Positions 46,097 to 55,103 of a DNA stretch of 64,000 nucleotides are shown piece after piece; within the stretch, counting starts at the first letter, position 1; the number at the start of each line of letters is the position of its first letter. Both the position numbers and the translations under genes were made by a program. The stretch is from a virus (Duplodnaviria; Caudoviricetes), in the IMG/VR virus record IMGVR_UViG_3300014204_000169, positions 1 through 64,000 of that record; one strand, written 5' to 3'. The notes below the pieces were generated by a model. That model searched no databases. It had not been told where the DNA came from and was given only the letters and a program-made list of their open reading frames with translations.

Positions 46097-46477
46097 TTAC
46101 TCCTGAGAATAAGATAAATATTCTTGAAGGGTTTTCCAGTTAAATTTATATTCATATAAATCAGGAGATGTTGTATTTTTTGAACAAGTAAATATTCCAG
46201 ATTCCTGGCAGTGTTTTCGTAATTTGTTTATTTCATTTTTAGTAATTCTAAAATTTTGTATAAATACATAATCATCAAAGATAATACTTCCTGTTTTATC
46301 TTGACTAATCACTTGTTCATAATACTCACGCATTAAAATATTGAAACATTCCCAATGGGAGCTTTCTAATGGAAATCCTAATTTATAGAAATTTCTTTCC
46401 ATATATTCAGGTTCATCATTTTTAAGAATGTCTTTTAGAATGTCTTGTAATTCTTTTTGTAAGAACTCATTAATCAT
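46097..46477 (-). CDS. Winged-helix protein
   Basis: ITKNEINKLRK.CQESGIF, resembling the initiator N-terminus. Confidence 0.5.
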   Translation of the reverse strand: MINEFLQKELQDILKDILKNDEPEYMERNFYKLGFPLESSHWECFNILMREYYEQVISQDKTGSIIFDDYVFIQNFRITKNEINKLRKHCQESGIFTCSKNTTSPDLYEYKFNWKTLQEYLSYSQE

Positions 46478-46486
46478 CTCTCTAAT

Positions 46487-46531
46487 CCTCCCGTAAAGGT
46501 TTAGGGCTGGAAGTTACGGGCAACCAGCCCT
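46487..46531 (-). promoter_or_regulatory. H-type pseudoknot overlapping the Shine-Dalgarno
   Basis: Minus strand: AGGGCTGG ttg CCCGTAA ctt CCAGCCCT aaacct TTACGGG AGG...ATG. Confidence 0.6.
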
Positions 46532-46587
46532 CTTAATTTCCTTGCTAAGGAATATTTGAGATACCCTTAGCTATTAGCGTGGTTTGA

Positions 46588-46616
46588 ATTATACACAACT
46601 ATTCAATTTTTGTTAA
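46588..46616 (-). promoter_or_regulatory. Sigma70-like promoter
   Basis: TTAACA-17-TATAAT. Confidence 0.6.
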
Positions 46617-46877
46617 TCTATTTCTCAATATTCCGTTAGCATCTTCAAGTTTCATAATTTTTGTATTTAAATCATGAATTATTTTTATATGTTTTTCTTC
46701 ATTAGATTTTGTTGATTTTGGAATAAAGAAATTTTGTAAATCAGAATCATAAATACACCGACAACCATCTTTAAATATACCATACTCAGAAGATTTTTCT
46801 TGTTGTTTACCACAATAAACTGCCCCATCTCTTACTCTAATTTCTTGATGTTGACAAAAATTACAAATAGCATTAAT
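46599..46877 (-). CDS. Cys-containing ORF with ATT (non-canonical or mutated) start
   Basis: GAAAGG-TTTACTAAA-ATT, the same junction as AAAGG-TTTACTAAA-ATG at 47866; frame open ~92 codons. Confidence 0.35.
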   Translation of the reverse strand: MNAICNFCQHQEIRVRDGAVYCGKQQEKSSEYGIFKDGCRCIYDSDLQNFFIPKSTKSNEEKHIKIIHDLNTKIMKLEDANGILRNRLTKIE

Positions 46878-46891
46878 TTTAGTAAACCTTT

Positions 46892-47068
46892 CTAAAGATA
46901 TTTTTCAAACCAACATTTATTTCTGTCTAAGCTGGTATCATCATAATGCAGTAAATGATATATTTTGTGATATATGGATTCATAATGCCTTTGTGGGTCA
47001 GTTGTTTCAGGAACTTCTTCTATTATTTTTTTGATAATCTTTATTTTTATTTCATTTGTCCATTCCAT
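46892..47068 (-). CDS. Hypothetical protein (58 aa)
   Basis: GAAAGGA RBS; MEWTNEIKIKII... Confidence 0.4.
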   Translation of the reverse strand: MEWTNEIKIKIIKKIIEEVPETTDPQRHYESIYHKIYHLLHYDDTSLDRNKCWFEKYL

Positions 47069-47069
47069 T

Positions 47070-47327
47070 TTAATGATCCTTTCTTTTTCTAATTAAATCT
47101 AAAGTCTCATTAATTGACTCTATTTGTTGTTCTAAATTAGTAATCACCATTTCTTTAATCACTTTGACAGGATCTTTAAGGGAAACATCATATGTACTAC
47201 AAATACATTTATCCATATAGTAAATTCTGAATTTAGCGTGGTATCCCTCTCCTGGAGATTCATATTTATAAATAAAATCTTGTGTTTTTTTATTTAATTC
47301 TTTAGTTGCTTTTTCAAAGTTATTCAT
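47070..47327 (-). CDS. Hypothetical protein
   Basis: AAGGAG RBS. Confidence 0.5.
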   Translation of the reverse strand: MNNFEKATKELNKKTQDFIYKYESPGEGYHAKFRIYYMDKCICSTYDVSLKDPVKVIKEMVITNLEQQIESINETLDLIRKRKDH

Positions 47328-47560
47328 TTTAGTTTCTCCTTTTTATATTTTATGTAAGAGTGCTTTGGATTATATTTTTTATAAAAATTATATTCTTTTT
47401 CCGTGCAGGGCATACATAATACTAATTCTGCTGATTGAAAATTATTAGATTGTCTTTTCAAGAAACATTCAAATGATTCATTAATTGCAACTGTGTAACT
47501 TATTGTGCTGCACATATATGGAATAATGTTTATAGCTACTCTATAGAATTGTTTTTTCAT
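47324..47560 (-). CDS. Hypothetical protein
   Basis: GAAAGG RBS; overlapping junctions. Confidence 0.45.
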   Translation of the reverse strand: MKKQFYRVAINIIPYMCSTISYTVAINESFECFLKRQSNNFQSAELVLCMPCTEKEYNFYKKYNPKHSYIKYKKEKLK

Positions 47561-47575
47561 TTTAGTGAGCCTTTC

Positions 47576-47866
47576 TTACTCAATATCTTTTAATAAATCT
47601 AATTTTTCTTGAATTTCTTTTTCTGCTTCCTCAGCAGCATCAATTTTATATTTTACTTGGTATTGATTTTTTGGATTTAATTTTAGTAATACTTCATGAG
47701 TTCTTTTTGTTAATATATCTTTTGTTTCCAGTATATATTCAAATATGTGTTGAAGATCAGCCTGTATGGATTCATCTGTACCGCTAATAGATATATAAGG
47801 AGTTAGTCCTGTTTTATAATTTATTTCTACTACAGCAAATTCAAGATCTTCTCTTAATATAAACAT
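47576..47866 (-). CDS. Hypothetical protein
   Basis: AAAGG RBS. Confidence 0.5.
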   Translation of the reverse strand: MFILREDLEFAVVEINYKTGLTPYISISGTDESIQADLQHIFEYILETKDILTKRTHEVLLKLNPKNQYQVKYKIDAAEEAEKEIQEKLDLLKDIE

Positions 47867-47867
47867 T

Positions 47868-48782
47868 TTAGTAAACCTTTCTCATATATTCTTTCACAAT
47901 AATATTTGCCTCATTCTGATCAAGTGCACCGGGATCACCAACTATAGGAATAATTTCAGATTCAATTCCACGGAACAACATTTCGCTGCGTAACTTTTGT
48001 GCCTTCGCTTGAGCTTGGGACTCATCATCAAATGCTATGAACACTCTTTTGAAGAATTTTTTCAAGCACCGTACTTGCTCTGGCCGGTATTCTATGCCAA
48101 AAGTACAGACAGAATTTTTAGGGCCAAACCGCCACACGTCTGTTATACCCTCTGTTACAATAATACTATCCCCCCAGCATTCTTGCTTACCATACAAAAT
48201 GTGTTTGTGATGGTAAATTTCTCTGCTGCGTGGTGCTGTAATATATCTCAATTCGGATTTCCCTGTCCAGTCCCGACATTGGAATGATACTGCTTTTCCT
48301 TCCCAAAATATAGGGGCGAGAATACGATGCTTGTAAGAAATCCCGTCAAGTAAGCTACACACCCCACAAGCAAGCAAACCCCAAGTATGTTGTAAGTATT
48401 CTGCATTGAATCCTCTCCCTTCTAAATATTGTTTATGTTGTTTCTGCATCGGCCCTATATCACTTGGATACTTAAATTTCTTAGTACCAATTTTTACTAC
48501 AATTTCTTTTCTTTTAGTATGGGATTGTCCACCATACTGTCTGATTACCGAATAAGCTTCATGTAAATTTATTCTTAGTAATTTTACAATAAGATCAGGT
48601 AAAGAATGCTTGCCACATTTCCAACAAAAACACGTTGTTCCATCGGGGGGAATTCCTAAATGCCATGAATTATCGTTTGGGCAAAATGGGCAGTTTATAC
48701 CTTGCCAGCCAGCGGAAATATTCTTTCCATGATTACTAAAATTTATGTTGTTATCAATAAAGAACTTTTCAAAATTGAACAT
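47868..48782 (-). CDS. dnaG: DNA primase (DnaG-type, CHC2 + TOPRIM)
   Basis: CPFC..DN.WH...C.CWKC; VTEG.TD; AFDDE. Confidence 0.85.
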   Translation of the reverse strand: MFNFEKFFIDNNINFSNHGKNISAGWQGINCPFCPNDNSWHLGIPPDGTTCFCWKCGKHSLPDLIVKLLRINLHEAYSVIRQYGGQSHTKRKEIVVKIGTKKFKYPSDIGPMQKQHKQYLEGRGFNAEYLQHTWGLLACGVCSLLDGISYKHRILAPIFWEGKAVSFQCRDWTGKSELRYITAPRSREIYHHKHILYGKQECWGDSIIVTEGITDVWRFGPKNSVCTFGIEYRPEQVRCLKKFFKRVFIAFDDESQAQAKAQKLRSEMLFRGIESEIIPIVGDPGALDQNEANIIVKEYMRKVY

Positions 48783-48783
48783 T

Positions 48784-49149
48784 TTATTTTTTAAACTTAA
48801 ATATTAGTGTAGATATAAATCTATCAGCAGCAGCCTCACATATACCTGCGATATTAGGGAACCTATATCTTCTATAATCAAATTCATTAAGAAAATCAGC
48901 ACCCATATAGGATGCAAATGTTTCTCTTACTACGTCACTTTCAGTAAATATTTTTACTAAGTTCTGCATAGTCTTTTGGTAATCTTTATTAATTTCTTTT
49001 TCTGTTCTTTTTATTTTAGTAATTTTAGTTTTCCTTGTGTTGTAGTTATTACAATTACATTTTGGACAATATTTAACTTTATTAAAAGAAGGCCATTGAG
49101 ATAATTGAATTTCATCATAACCACACCATGTACATGTATATTTTTTCAT
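48784..49149 (-). CDS. Zinc-ribbon hypothetical protein
   Basis: CTWC...CPKC. Confidence 0.45.
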   Translation of the reverse strand: MKKYTCTWCGYDEIQLSQWPSFNKVKYCPKCNCNNYNTRKTKITKIKRTEKEINKDYQKTMQNLVKIFTESDVVRETFASYMGADFLNEFDYRRYRFPNIAGICEAAADRFISTLIFKFKK

Positions 49150-49517
49150 TTTATATTCTCCTGTAATTTTTTAACCATATCCGTCAATTTATATATTAAT
49201 CTATGTGGTTTATCTGCCCATTCATAACTCAATGGGCCTTCCCCATAAACAGCTTTACTAAAATCTTCTAAAGTATATTCTTCTTTAGATTCTAAAATAC
49301 TCTGCATAAAGGTTTTAATTTCTAAAATTTCATTTTCTTTATCTTCTTGCCCTAATTGAAATATTTCATTAATAAAATTTAATTCCAGTAAAGCATCATC
49401 ATAAGAAATGAAGTTGTGCGGGCCTTCTTTTATTAAATTTTCATCTACTATGTAGTAATAAACTTCTTGTGTTTCTATGTCTTTTTCTTCTTTAATGCAA
49501 AAGTTGGTTTGTTTCAT
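49146..49517 (-). CDS. Hypothetical protein
   Basis: Co-oriented, overlapping junctions. Confidence 0.5.
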   Translation of the reverse strand: MKQTNFCIKEEKDIETQEVYYYIVDENLIKEGPHNFISYDDALLELNFINEIFQLGQEDKENEILEIKTFMQSILESKEEYTLEDFSKAVYGEGPLSYEWADKPHRLIYKLTDMVKKLQENIK

Positions 49518-49972
49518 TTCAAAACCTTTCTAATTTCTTCATAACTTTTACGGATTTTTGGCCAAGACCAATTTTTTTCTCTAAGCGTTTTAGTAATTTC
49601 TGACATATTAATTGTGCTATACACATCAGGATTGTTTAGTATTTTACTACATAACAATTTTGCGTCACTCCCTAGTTTATTAAGTTTGTCCAAAAATAAA
49701 ATTGATTGATCTGGAGTATTAAAACTAACTTCACTAAAATCTGTATTAAGTACAGTTCTCTGCTTCATGGAATACTGTACTAAATGATTATATGTTACAG
49801 CATTGAGGAATGTGCTAATTGCACCTCTTGAAGCGTCAAATTGATCAATTTTTCGGACAGCTTGAAGTACTGATTCCCCATAAAGATCATCTACATCTAC
49901 ATTGCATCTTTTACTAAAGTTCCATGCAATTTGATGTAAAATTTTAAGATGTTCATTCTGCAAAGTTTCCAT
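49514..49972 (-). CDS. Truncated ECF/sigma70-region-2-like protein
   Basis: IA..F......DDLYGES.L....ID.FD.SRG...TFL....NHL. Confidence 0.6.
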   Translation of the reverse strand: METLQNEHLKILHQIAWNFSKRCNVDVDDLYGESVLQAVRKIDQFDASRGAISTFLNAVTYNHLVQYSMKQRTVLNTDFSEVSFNTPDQSILFLDKLNKLGSDAKLLCSKILNNPDVYSTINMSEITKTLREKNWSWPKIRKSYEEIRKVLK

Positions 49973-49984
49973 GGTTATTCCCCC

Positions 49985-50257
49985 TTATAACTTTCCTACA
50001 TTAAGTTTTTTAATTACTATAAATTCTTTTAACATATCTTTCATTTCATAACTTTCTTCATCCCCAGTAAATAACCAAAGATTATCACAAAATTTTACAA
50101 TTACTTTTTCATTGCATTCTATTCCCCGCACTAAATAAAAACCGTCTTCATATTTAGGAGTTAATTTTTCAGCACAGTAAGGGCAGTAAGAATAATTGAT
50201 ATCTAAAGACTTTGCCTTAGTTGTTCCTTTACAATAATGTGGCTTAAATTCAGTCAT
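49985..50257 (-). CDS. Hypothetical protein
   Basis: YCPYCAEKL; GFYLVR. Confidence 0.5.
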   Translation of the reverse strand: MTEFKPHYCKGTTKAKSLDINYSYCPYCAEKLTPKYEDGFYLVRGIECNEKVIVKFCDNLWLFTGDEESYEMKDMLKEFIVIKKLNVGKL

Positions 50258-50269
50258 ACTTATTCTCCT

Positions 50270-50743
50270 TTATAATGTTTTTCTTCTTCTTAGTTTTATT
50301 CTTTTAATTGATACTTCATGGTGTTTTCGTTTTTTAGTAATTTTCTCAATTGGCGTACTTCCTTCTGAAGTTTTTATAACAATTGTCCCAGATGAAATAT
50401 CTGTAGTTTGAGGAATATTCTTATACGAATATTCTTTTGGGTCGTCTAAATCTAATGATTGATCCATTACTACATGAGCACGGCAATCATTTACATAAAT
50501 CACTTTTCCTGTCATTTTACTAAATGGCAATAAAAAGGTATTCCCAGGTTTTAATGATAATATTTTTACTAATTTTTGTTTTCTTACAAATTTCTTTTTT
50601 TTCGGCATTGTTGAAAATTTTCTTACAAATTTTTTTCTTTCTGGTATTTCTTCTTTTACTAATTTTCTTATAAATACTTTTTTTATTCTAGTGTGTTCTC
50701 GAAATTTTAGTAATTGTTTCTTGCTAAGTTGAATTTCTTGCAT
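50270..50743 (-). CDS. Basic hypothetical protein
   Basis: Repeated KKKFVRK elements; K/R-rich. Confidence 0.5.
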   Translation of the reverse strand: MQEIQLSKKQLLKFREHTRIKKVFIRKLVKEEIPERKKFVRKFSTMPKKKKFVRKQKLVKILSLKPGNTFLLPFSKMTGKVIYVNDCRAHVVMDQSLDLDDPKEYSYKNIPQTTDISSGTIVIKTSEGSTPIEKITKKRKHHEVSIKRIKLRRRKTL

Positions 50744-50752
50744 GATTGAACC

Positions 50753-52111
50753 TTATAAAGAGTATAGTTTTTCCCGCTCTCTAAATGCTCTTACTAATTT
50801 TGGGACGTTCCAATCTACAAAGTCATATACGGTAGCTTTTGTTTTTCCAGATTTTGATCTAACAACTCGACCAACGGTTTGTTGCACCCGAATTGATTTT
50901 CCTAAAGGTGTACATTGAAACAGGTCCGTCCAACCAGGGCAATCAATTCCCTCACCCAACAAGCTTGTAGTTGCAATAGTTAATTTACATCCTGAGCGTA
51001 CTTTAGCAAAGCCTTTTTCTCTTTTTATTTTATCCATCGTGCCAGTAAGCAATACCGGATTATGAGCCTTTAGAAGCTCACAGAGAATTTCTGCATGTTT
51101 CACTCTATCAGTAAGAATTAAGCCCTCAGAATTGGCTACAAGAGCTTTATTAACCGTTTTACATATGAGTTTGTTTCTATTCTTATCCTCAGTTAGCTTA
51201 GTGATCAGTTGTCCCCAATCAGCAGGACCAGTGCTTTGATAATTGAAATCTGTGTCAACTGTGATGATTGTAGGTTTAATGGTTCTCCCTGCATTTCTTA
51301 CTTCTTCATTAGTAACCGTATGTCTGATAGGTCCGATGAGATTCCAGATCATAAATTCCATACCATCTTTACGCCATGGCGTAGCTGAGAATCCATATTT
51401 ATATCTTGCTTGAAGATTATTTACCACTTTCCACCAAGTAGTACAAGATCCGTGATGGACTTCATCACAGAGAACTAAGCCCCACTTCTTACTAAAAGCA
51501 GAATCCTTAATATCAAGATTAGTAAGAGTTTGAATCATTGCTACTGTAATTATCTGTTCATCCCATTTTCCATCCCCAATTATACCAACATAAATATTTA
51601 GTAATTCACTATATCTTTTCTGAGTCTGGTATAGCAGTTCTTTTGTATGCACTAGGATTAATGTAGGGGTCATAAGATAAGGAGCAGCAGCTATTGCAAT
51701 ATTTGTCTTTCCTGATCCTGTTGGGCTTACTAAACAACCTGTTTTATATTTGGTAAGTTGTTTAAATGCATTTTCCTGAAATTTATCTAAATAACAACCT
51801 AAATACCATTGTTCCTCTTTTGCTTCTGGATAAACCGTCTTATCTTTCCATTCTATTTTAATATTAAATAATTTAGCTGTTTTATTTACTAAATTTATAT
51901 CCCCTCTTGGTACACAGAAATTCTCACCATCTAATTCCCAAGTGAATACTTTCTTAGGAATTCCAAAAGTACGTTTCTTCAATCTAAGTTGCATAGTAAA
52001 TTTTGGATTTATGTGAGTGTTTAGTACTTTTAGTTCATTAATAAATTTACTAAGCTTTGGCGTGTTCGGGATATAAATTTTATCTTTGACGATGCACTTT
52101 ATATTTTGCAT
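50753..52111 (-). CDS. Superfamily II (UvsW/XPB-like) helicase
   Basis: SPTGSGKT, DEVHH, SATP, LLGEGID, QTVGRVVR. Confidence 0.9.
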   Translation of the reverse strand: MQNIKCIVKDKIYIPNTPKLSKFINELKVLNTHINPKFTMQLRLKKRTFGIPKKVFTWELDGENFCVPRGDINLVNKTAKLFNIKIEWKDKTVYPEAKEEQWYLGCYLDKFQENAFKQLTKYKTGCLVSPTGSGKTNIAIAAAPYLMTPTLILVHTKELLYQTQKRYSELLNIYVGIIGDGKWDEQIITVAMIQTLTNLDIKDSAFSKKWGLVLCDEVHHGSCTTWWKVVNNLQARYKYGFSATPWRKDGMEFMIWNLIGPIRHTVTNEEVRNAGRTIKPTIITVDTDFNYQSTGPADWGQLITKLTEDKNRNKLICKTVNKALVANSEGLILTDRVKHAEILCELLKAHNPVLLTGTMDKIKREKGFAKVRSGCKLTIATTSLLGEGIDCPGWTDLFQCTPLGKSIRVQQTVGRVVRSKSGKTKATVYDFVDWNVPKLVRAFREREKLYSL

Positions 52112-52299
52112 TTTGGTTTTATCCCTGCTTCTAACATCATTAGATCATTTTGTAGTTTATTAAATTCACTCATAATTCTAATATATTTATTAAAAAATTG
52201 CTCTGTAATTAAAATAAAATCTTTATATTTAGTAGTCTCTATTTCTCTTACAGGGTACCATTCTGTTTTAGTAATTTCTATTCTTTTCATATCATGCAC
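52099..52299 (-). CDS. Hypothetical protein
   Basis: EWYPV; co-oriented. Confidence 0.4.
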   Translation of the reverse strand: MHDMKRIEITKTEWYPVREIETTKYKDFILITEQFFNKYIRIMSEFNKLQNDLMMLEAGIKPKCKI

Positions 52300-52410
52300 T
52301 CTGTTCTGTTGAAAAATCGGAAACTCTAATATACTTAGTTAGTGGGCTGTATTGTTTTTTCCATATATTTTTTATATTACAATAAAGGTCATAAATTAAG
52401 TAAGTATACA

Positions 52411-52581
52411 TTATCTTTTTCCTTTCGATTTTCTTCTTGCATTATTCTTAGTAAGGTTATCCTTTTTAATTCTTTTCAATTGAGCATCTAATGGAAGATT
52501 GCAGCTTTCAATAAGTTTACTAATGTTTTTAGAATTTGGTATATAAATTTTATCTTTGATTAGACAAGTTACAGTGTTCAT
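52411..52581 (-). CDS. 56-aa ORF resembling the helicase N-terminus
   Basis: CLIKDKIYIPNSKNISKLIE versus helicase CIVKDKIYIPNTPKLSKFINE. Confidence 0.45.
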   Translation of the reverse strand: MNTVTCLIKDKIYIPNSKNISKLIESCNLPLDAQLKRIKKDNLTKNNARRKSKGKR

Positions 52582-52790
52582 CTTGGATTGTTCCTTTGAT
52601 AGTTTCTCATATCTTCATCTATACCACTTTCAAAAGTATCTAAATCTATAGCAATATTTTTTATTGCTATTGCATGTTCATCCACAATGATAGAAAGCTC
52701 AGAATAAAGTTTTAAAATATTTTGAGCTGTTTTATTTTGTTCTCTTAATTCTTGATCAACCCCAAGCCATTTTCTTAGTAGTTTTTTCAT
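52578..52790 (-). CDS. Hypothetical protein
   Basis: AAAGGA RBS. Confidence 0.5.
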   Translation of the reverse strand: MKKLLRKWLGVDQELREQNKTAQNILKLYSELSIIVDEHAIAIKNIAIDLDTFESGIDEDMRNYQRNNPR

Positions 52791-52842
52791 TTACATTTTC
52801 CTTTCCGTTATTAAACCCTCAATCTCTGAGAGCTTAAATAAT

Positions 52843-52945
52843 GGGCCAGAATCTTAAACTACATTCGCCTTTAGTAGTGTTCTGGCCCTTGTTATTTTGG
52901 TAGCTGGCTTTAGTAAATCCAGCGCATATTGTTTACCTCCCTAGT
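52843..52945 (-). promoter_or_regulatory. Leader with uORF MRWIY* (52910-52927) and downstream hairpin (52843-52888)
   Basis: GGGAGG RBS + ATG CGC TGG ATT TAC TAA; GGGCCAGAA/TTCTGGCCC 9-bp stem. Confidence 0.5.
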
Positions 52946-52971
52946 TTTTATGTTAGGTTTATTCTCGCTAC

Positions 52972-53001
52972 ATTATATATTAAATCTTAAAGTATTTTCA
53001 A
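52972..53001 (-). promoter_or_regulatory. Sigma70-like promoter
   Basis: TTGAAA-18-TATAAT. Confidence 0.55.
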
Positions 53002-53011
53002 AGAATATTTA

Positions 53012-53347
53012 CTAAATTATGAAAGTTTCATTCCCTTTCCATGCATTTTGACGTTTTTTAATAGCAATCATAATTTCATGCAACCGATCACCACATTTTT
53101 TTACTACTTCTAATCTTTTTTGAAAAGCTGATTCTTCAATATAATCATTTTCTATTATTGAAGGGATAGGTTCAGAAAACACAATATGATTATTTTGTCC
53201 AATTGGGATACCTAATCTTATATTATTTCCATCAGTATATTCTTTAGGTAACTTATTTTGAGAATATACACCTGTAATTTTTATAATTCTTCTCATTTCA
53301 CCTTGTTGCATGTCATAAACTTTTTCTGTTTCAATTTTTATACTCAT
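53012..53347 (-). CDS. Hypothetical early protein
   Basis: AGGAG RBS. Confidence 0.5.
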   Translation of the reverse strand: MSIKIETEKVYDMQQGEMRRIIKITGVYSQNKLPKEYTDGNNIRLGIPIGQNNHIVFSEPIPSIIENDYIEESAFQKRLEVVKKCGDRLHEIMIAIKKRQNAWKGNETFII

Positions 53348-53544
53348 TTGATTATTCTCCTAATGATTTACTAAACTTTTTGTGTTCATTAATAGTTGTT
53401 TGGGTACTATGCAAAAATGATTCTGATAGGTTAGGTTTCTTGCTAAGTTCTTCAAGTTTTTCTATTCTTGATTTCTTAATTTGATATTGTTTCTTAATAC
53501 TATAGCTAGTCCATTTGCTTGAATTCCCCATTATTACCCCTTTC

Positions 53545-53775
53545 TTAATTATGGTTTATTGTTGCTTTTGCTTTGTTGTAGGCTTGCCTTACTAAATCAA
53601 AAACACCTAAAGGCAGTCTAATTTCATCTTTAGTGATAGTCCCTTCACAAAGAATACTTTCTAATGCTAAAAACATTTCATTTGCAGCAAGGCATTTTAA
53701 ATTAGTACATTGCTTATCTGCGTGATAGGCTTGAACTGCAAAATTTAGCTTTTGTTTTGTTTCTTTATCTAGCAT
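53545..53775 (-). CDS. Hypothetical early protein
   Basis: Start reassigned to MLDKE after GGAG. Confidence 0.45.
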   Translation of the reverse strand: MLDKETKQKLNFAVQAYHADKQCTNLKCLAANEMFLALESILCEGTITKDEIRLPLGVFDLVRQAYNKAKATINHN

Positions 53776-53776
53776 C

Positions 53777-54076
53777 TTAATTCTCCATTTCATAAAGATC
53801 ATATTTATTACAAATTTCTTCTGTATGCTCTTGAAGAAATATTTTAGCTTCATTAATTGTTTCAAAACCTTTATTAAAAAATATCCACTTAAATGGTGCT
53901 GGATATTCTTTAGTAACTTCTTTTTTAATCATAAAACTAAAGTACCAACTAGTACTTAAAGATCTTTGTGTAATTGAGCCTACACATTTCTTTTTTAGTT
54001 TAATATCACATTGATCTGGATAAAAAGATCTGCATCTCCCAGTTTCTTTATTAATTTTAAAAGTAAATTTTCTCAT
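53777..54076 (-). CDS. Hypothetical early protein
   Basis: Co-oriented. Confidence 0.5.
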   Translation of the reverse strand: MRKFTFKINKETGRCRSFYPDQCDIKLKKKCVGSITQRSLSTSWYFSFMIKKEVTKEYPAPFKWIFFNKGFETINEAKIFLQEHTEEICNKYDLYEMEN

Positions 54077-54306
54077 TTCTCAAATTTCCATGTAATTATT
54101 AATTTGCCTTGGTTTATTTGTAAATGCTCTTGTAATTCTGTTGCAATTGTTTTCCCAATATCTTGATGTCGTTTACAAGTTTTTATTATATTCTTAGGAC
54201 AAATAATATAGTATTCATCCCCATCGAATTCAATGTAAAATTTATTGTCTCTTGGAGCTGACATATTCTTTTTCCTTTTGTTTTGATACTGCACCAAAAA
54301 CTTCAA
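54073..54306 (-). CDS. Hypothetical early protein
   Basis: Co-oriented. Confidence 0.35.
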   Translation of the reverse strand: MKFLVQYQNKRKKNMSAPRDNKFYIEFDGDEYYIICPKNIIKTCKRHQDIGKTIATELQEHLQINQGKLIITWKFEK

Positions 54307-54442
54307 AATGCATTGTTCCAGAAAAGTCCTTTTGAATTAAACCTAAATTCATTAATGTGTGAGCATCTTTTAGGTTTGATTCATTTAATTCTACAGAACC
54401 AATTCTGCCATTATTTTTCCAAAAGACAATATAAGGTGTCAT
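54242..54442 (-). CDS. Hypothetical early protein
   Basis: Co-oriented. Confidence 0.4.
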   Translation of the reverse strand: MTPYIVFWKNNGRIGSVELNESNLKDAHTLMNLGLIQKDFSGTMHFEVFGAVSKQKEKEYVSSKRQ

Positions 54443-54445
54443 GAT

Positions 54446-54718
54446 CTAGTTTTTCTCATCTGGAACATTTAGTATTGTGGCAAATGCTTTCTCCATAGCT
54501 TCTTGGGATTCTTTTAATTTTATATCTAAATCTTTTACATAATTTTTATGTAAGTTTTCAGTAGCTATTTGTAAATTCTCAGAACAAGTATTTAAAACAT
54601 TGCTAATTTTATCTAAACCAATACTATCTAATTTTAGTGACCATGATTCTAAAACATTGGCTATGTTGTTTATTAAATGTAATTCATCTTGTAATGTTTT
54701 ACAGAAGTTTTCTGGCAT
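54446..54718 (-). CDS. Helical hypothetical early protein
   Basis: AAGGGG RBS. Confidence 0.5.
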   Translation of the reverse strand: MPENFCKTLQDELHLINNIANVLESWSLKLDSIGLDKISNVLNTCSENLQIATENLHKNYVKDLDIKLKESQEAMEKAFATILNVPDEKN

Positions 54719-54742
54719 TTTATTAACCCCTTATTTGTATTC

Positions 54743-55066
54743 TTAACTAATAAAAATTGCTTCTCCTTTTTCTAGTAAATCCTCTAGGAATGACCTTACT
54801 TGATAATCCATAAAAGCCCATGCATATATAACTTCATTATTTTCATTCCTAATGCCTAAAATTGGAGCATCAGTTAAAGCCATGATTTCTTCAGAAGAAA
54901 CCCAATCTAATTCAGAATTAGCTATCAATTGCTCAAGCGCTTCACATTCAGCATTAGTGGTAAAATAATTACCTTCAAATGAAAGTTCTGCAATCTTCAC
55001 TTTGTCGGCTTCATCGGCAATTAGTTTTAGCACTCCATTTTTATTCAAATCATAGGTATATTTCAT
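54743..55066 (-). CDS. Hypothetical early protein
   Basis: AAGGAG RBS; LTDAPILG...WAFMDYQV. Confidence 0.55.
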   Translation of the reverse strand: MKYTYDLNKNGVLKLIADEADKVKIAELSFEGNYFTTNAECEALEQLIANSELDWVSSEEIMALTDAPILGIRNENNEVIYAWAFMDYQVRSFLEDLLEKGEAIFIS

Positions 55067-55103
55067 TTTTTATTCTCCTTTTTGTATTCTTAGATAAAAT
55101 AAC

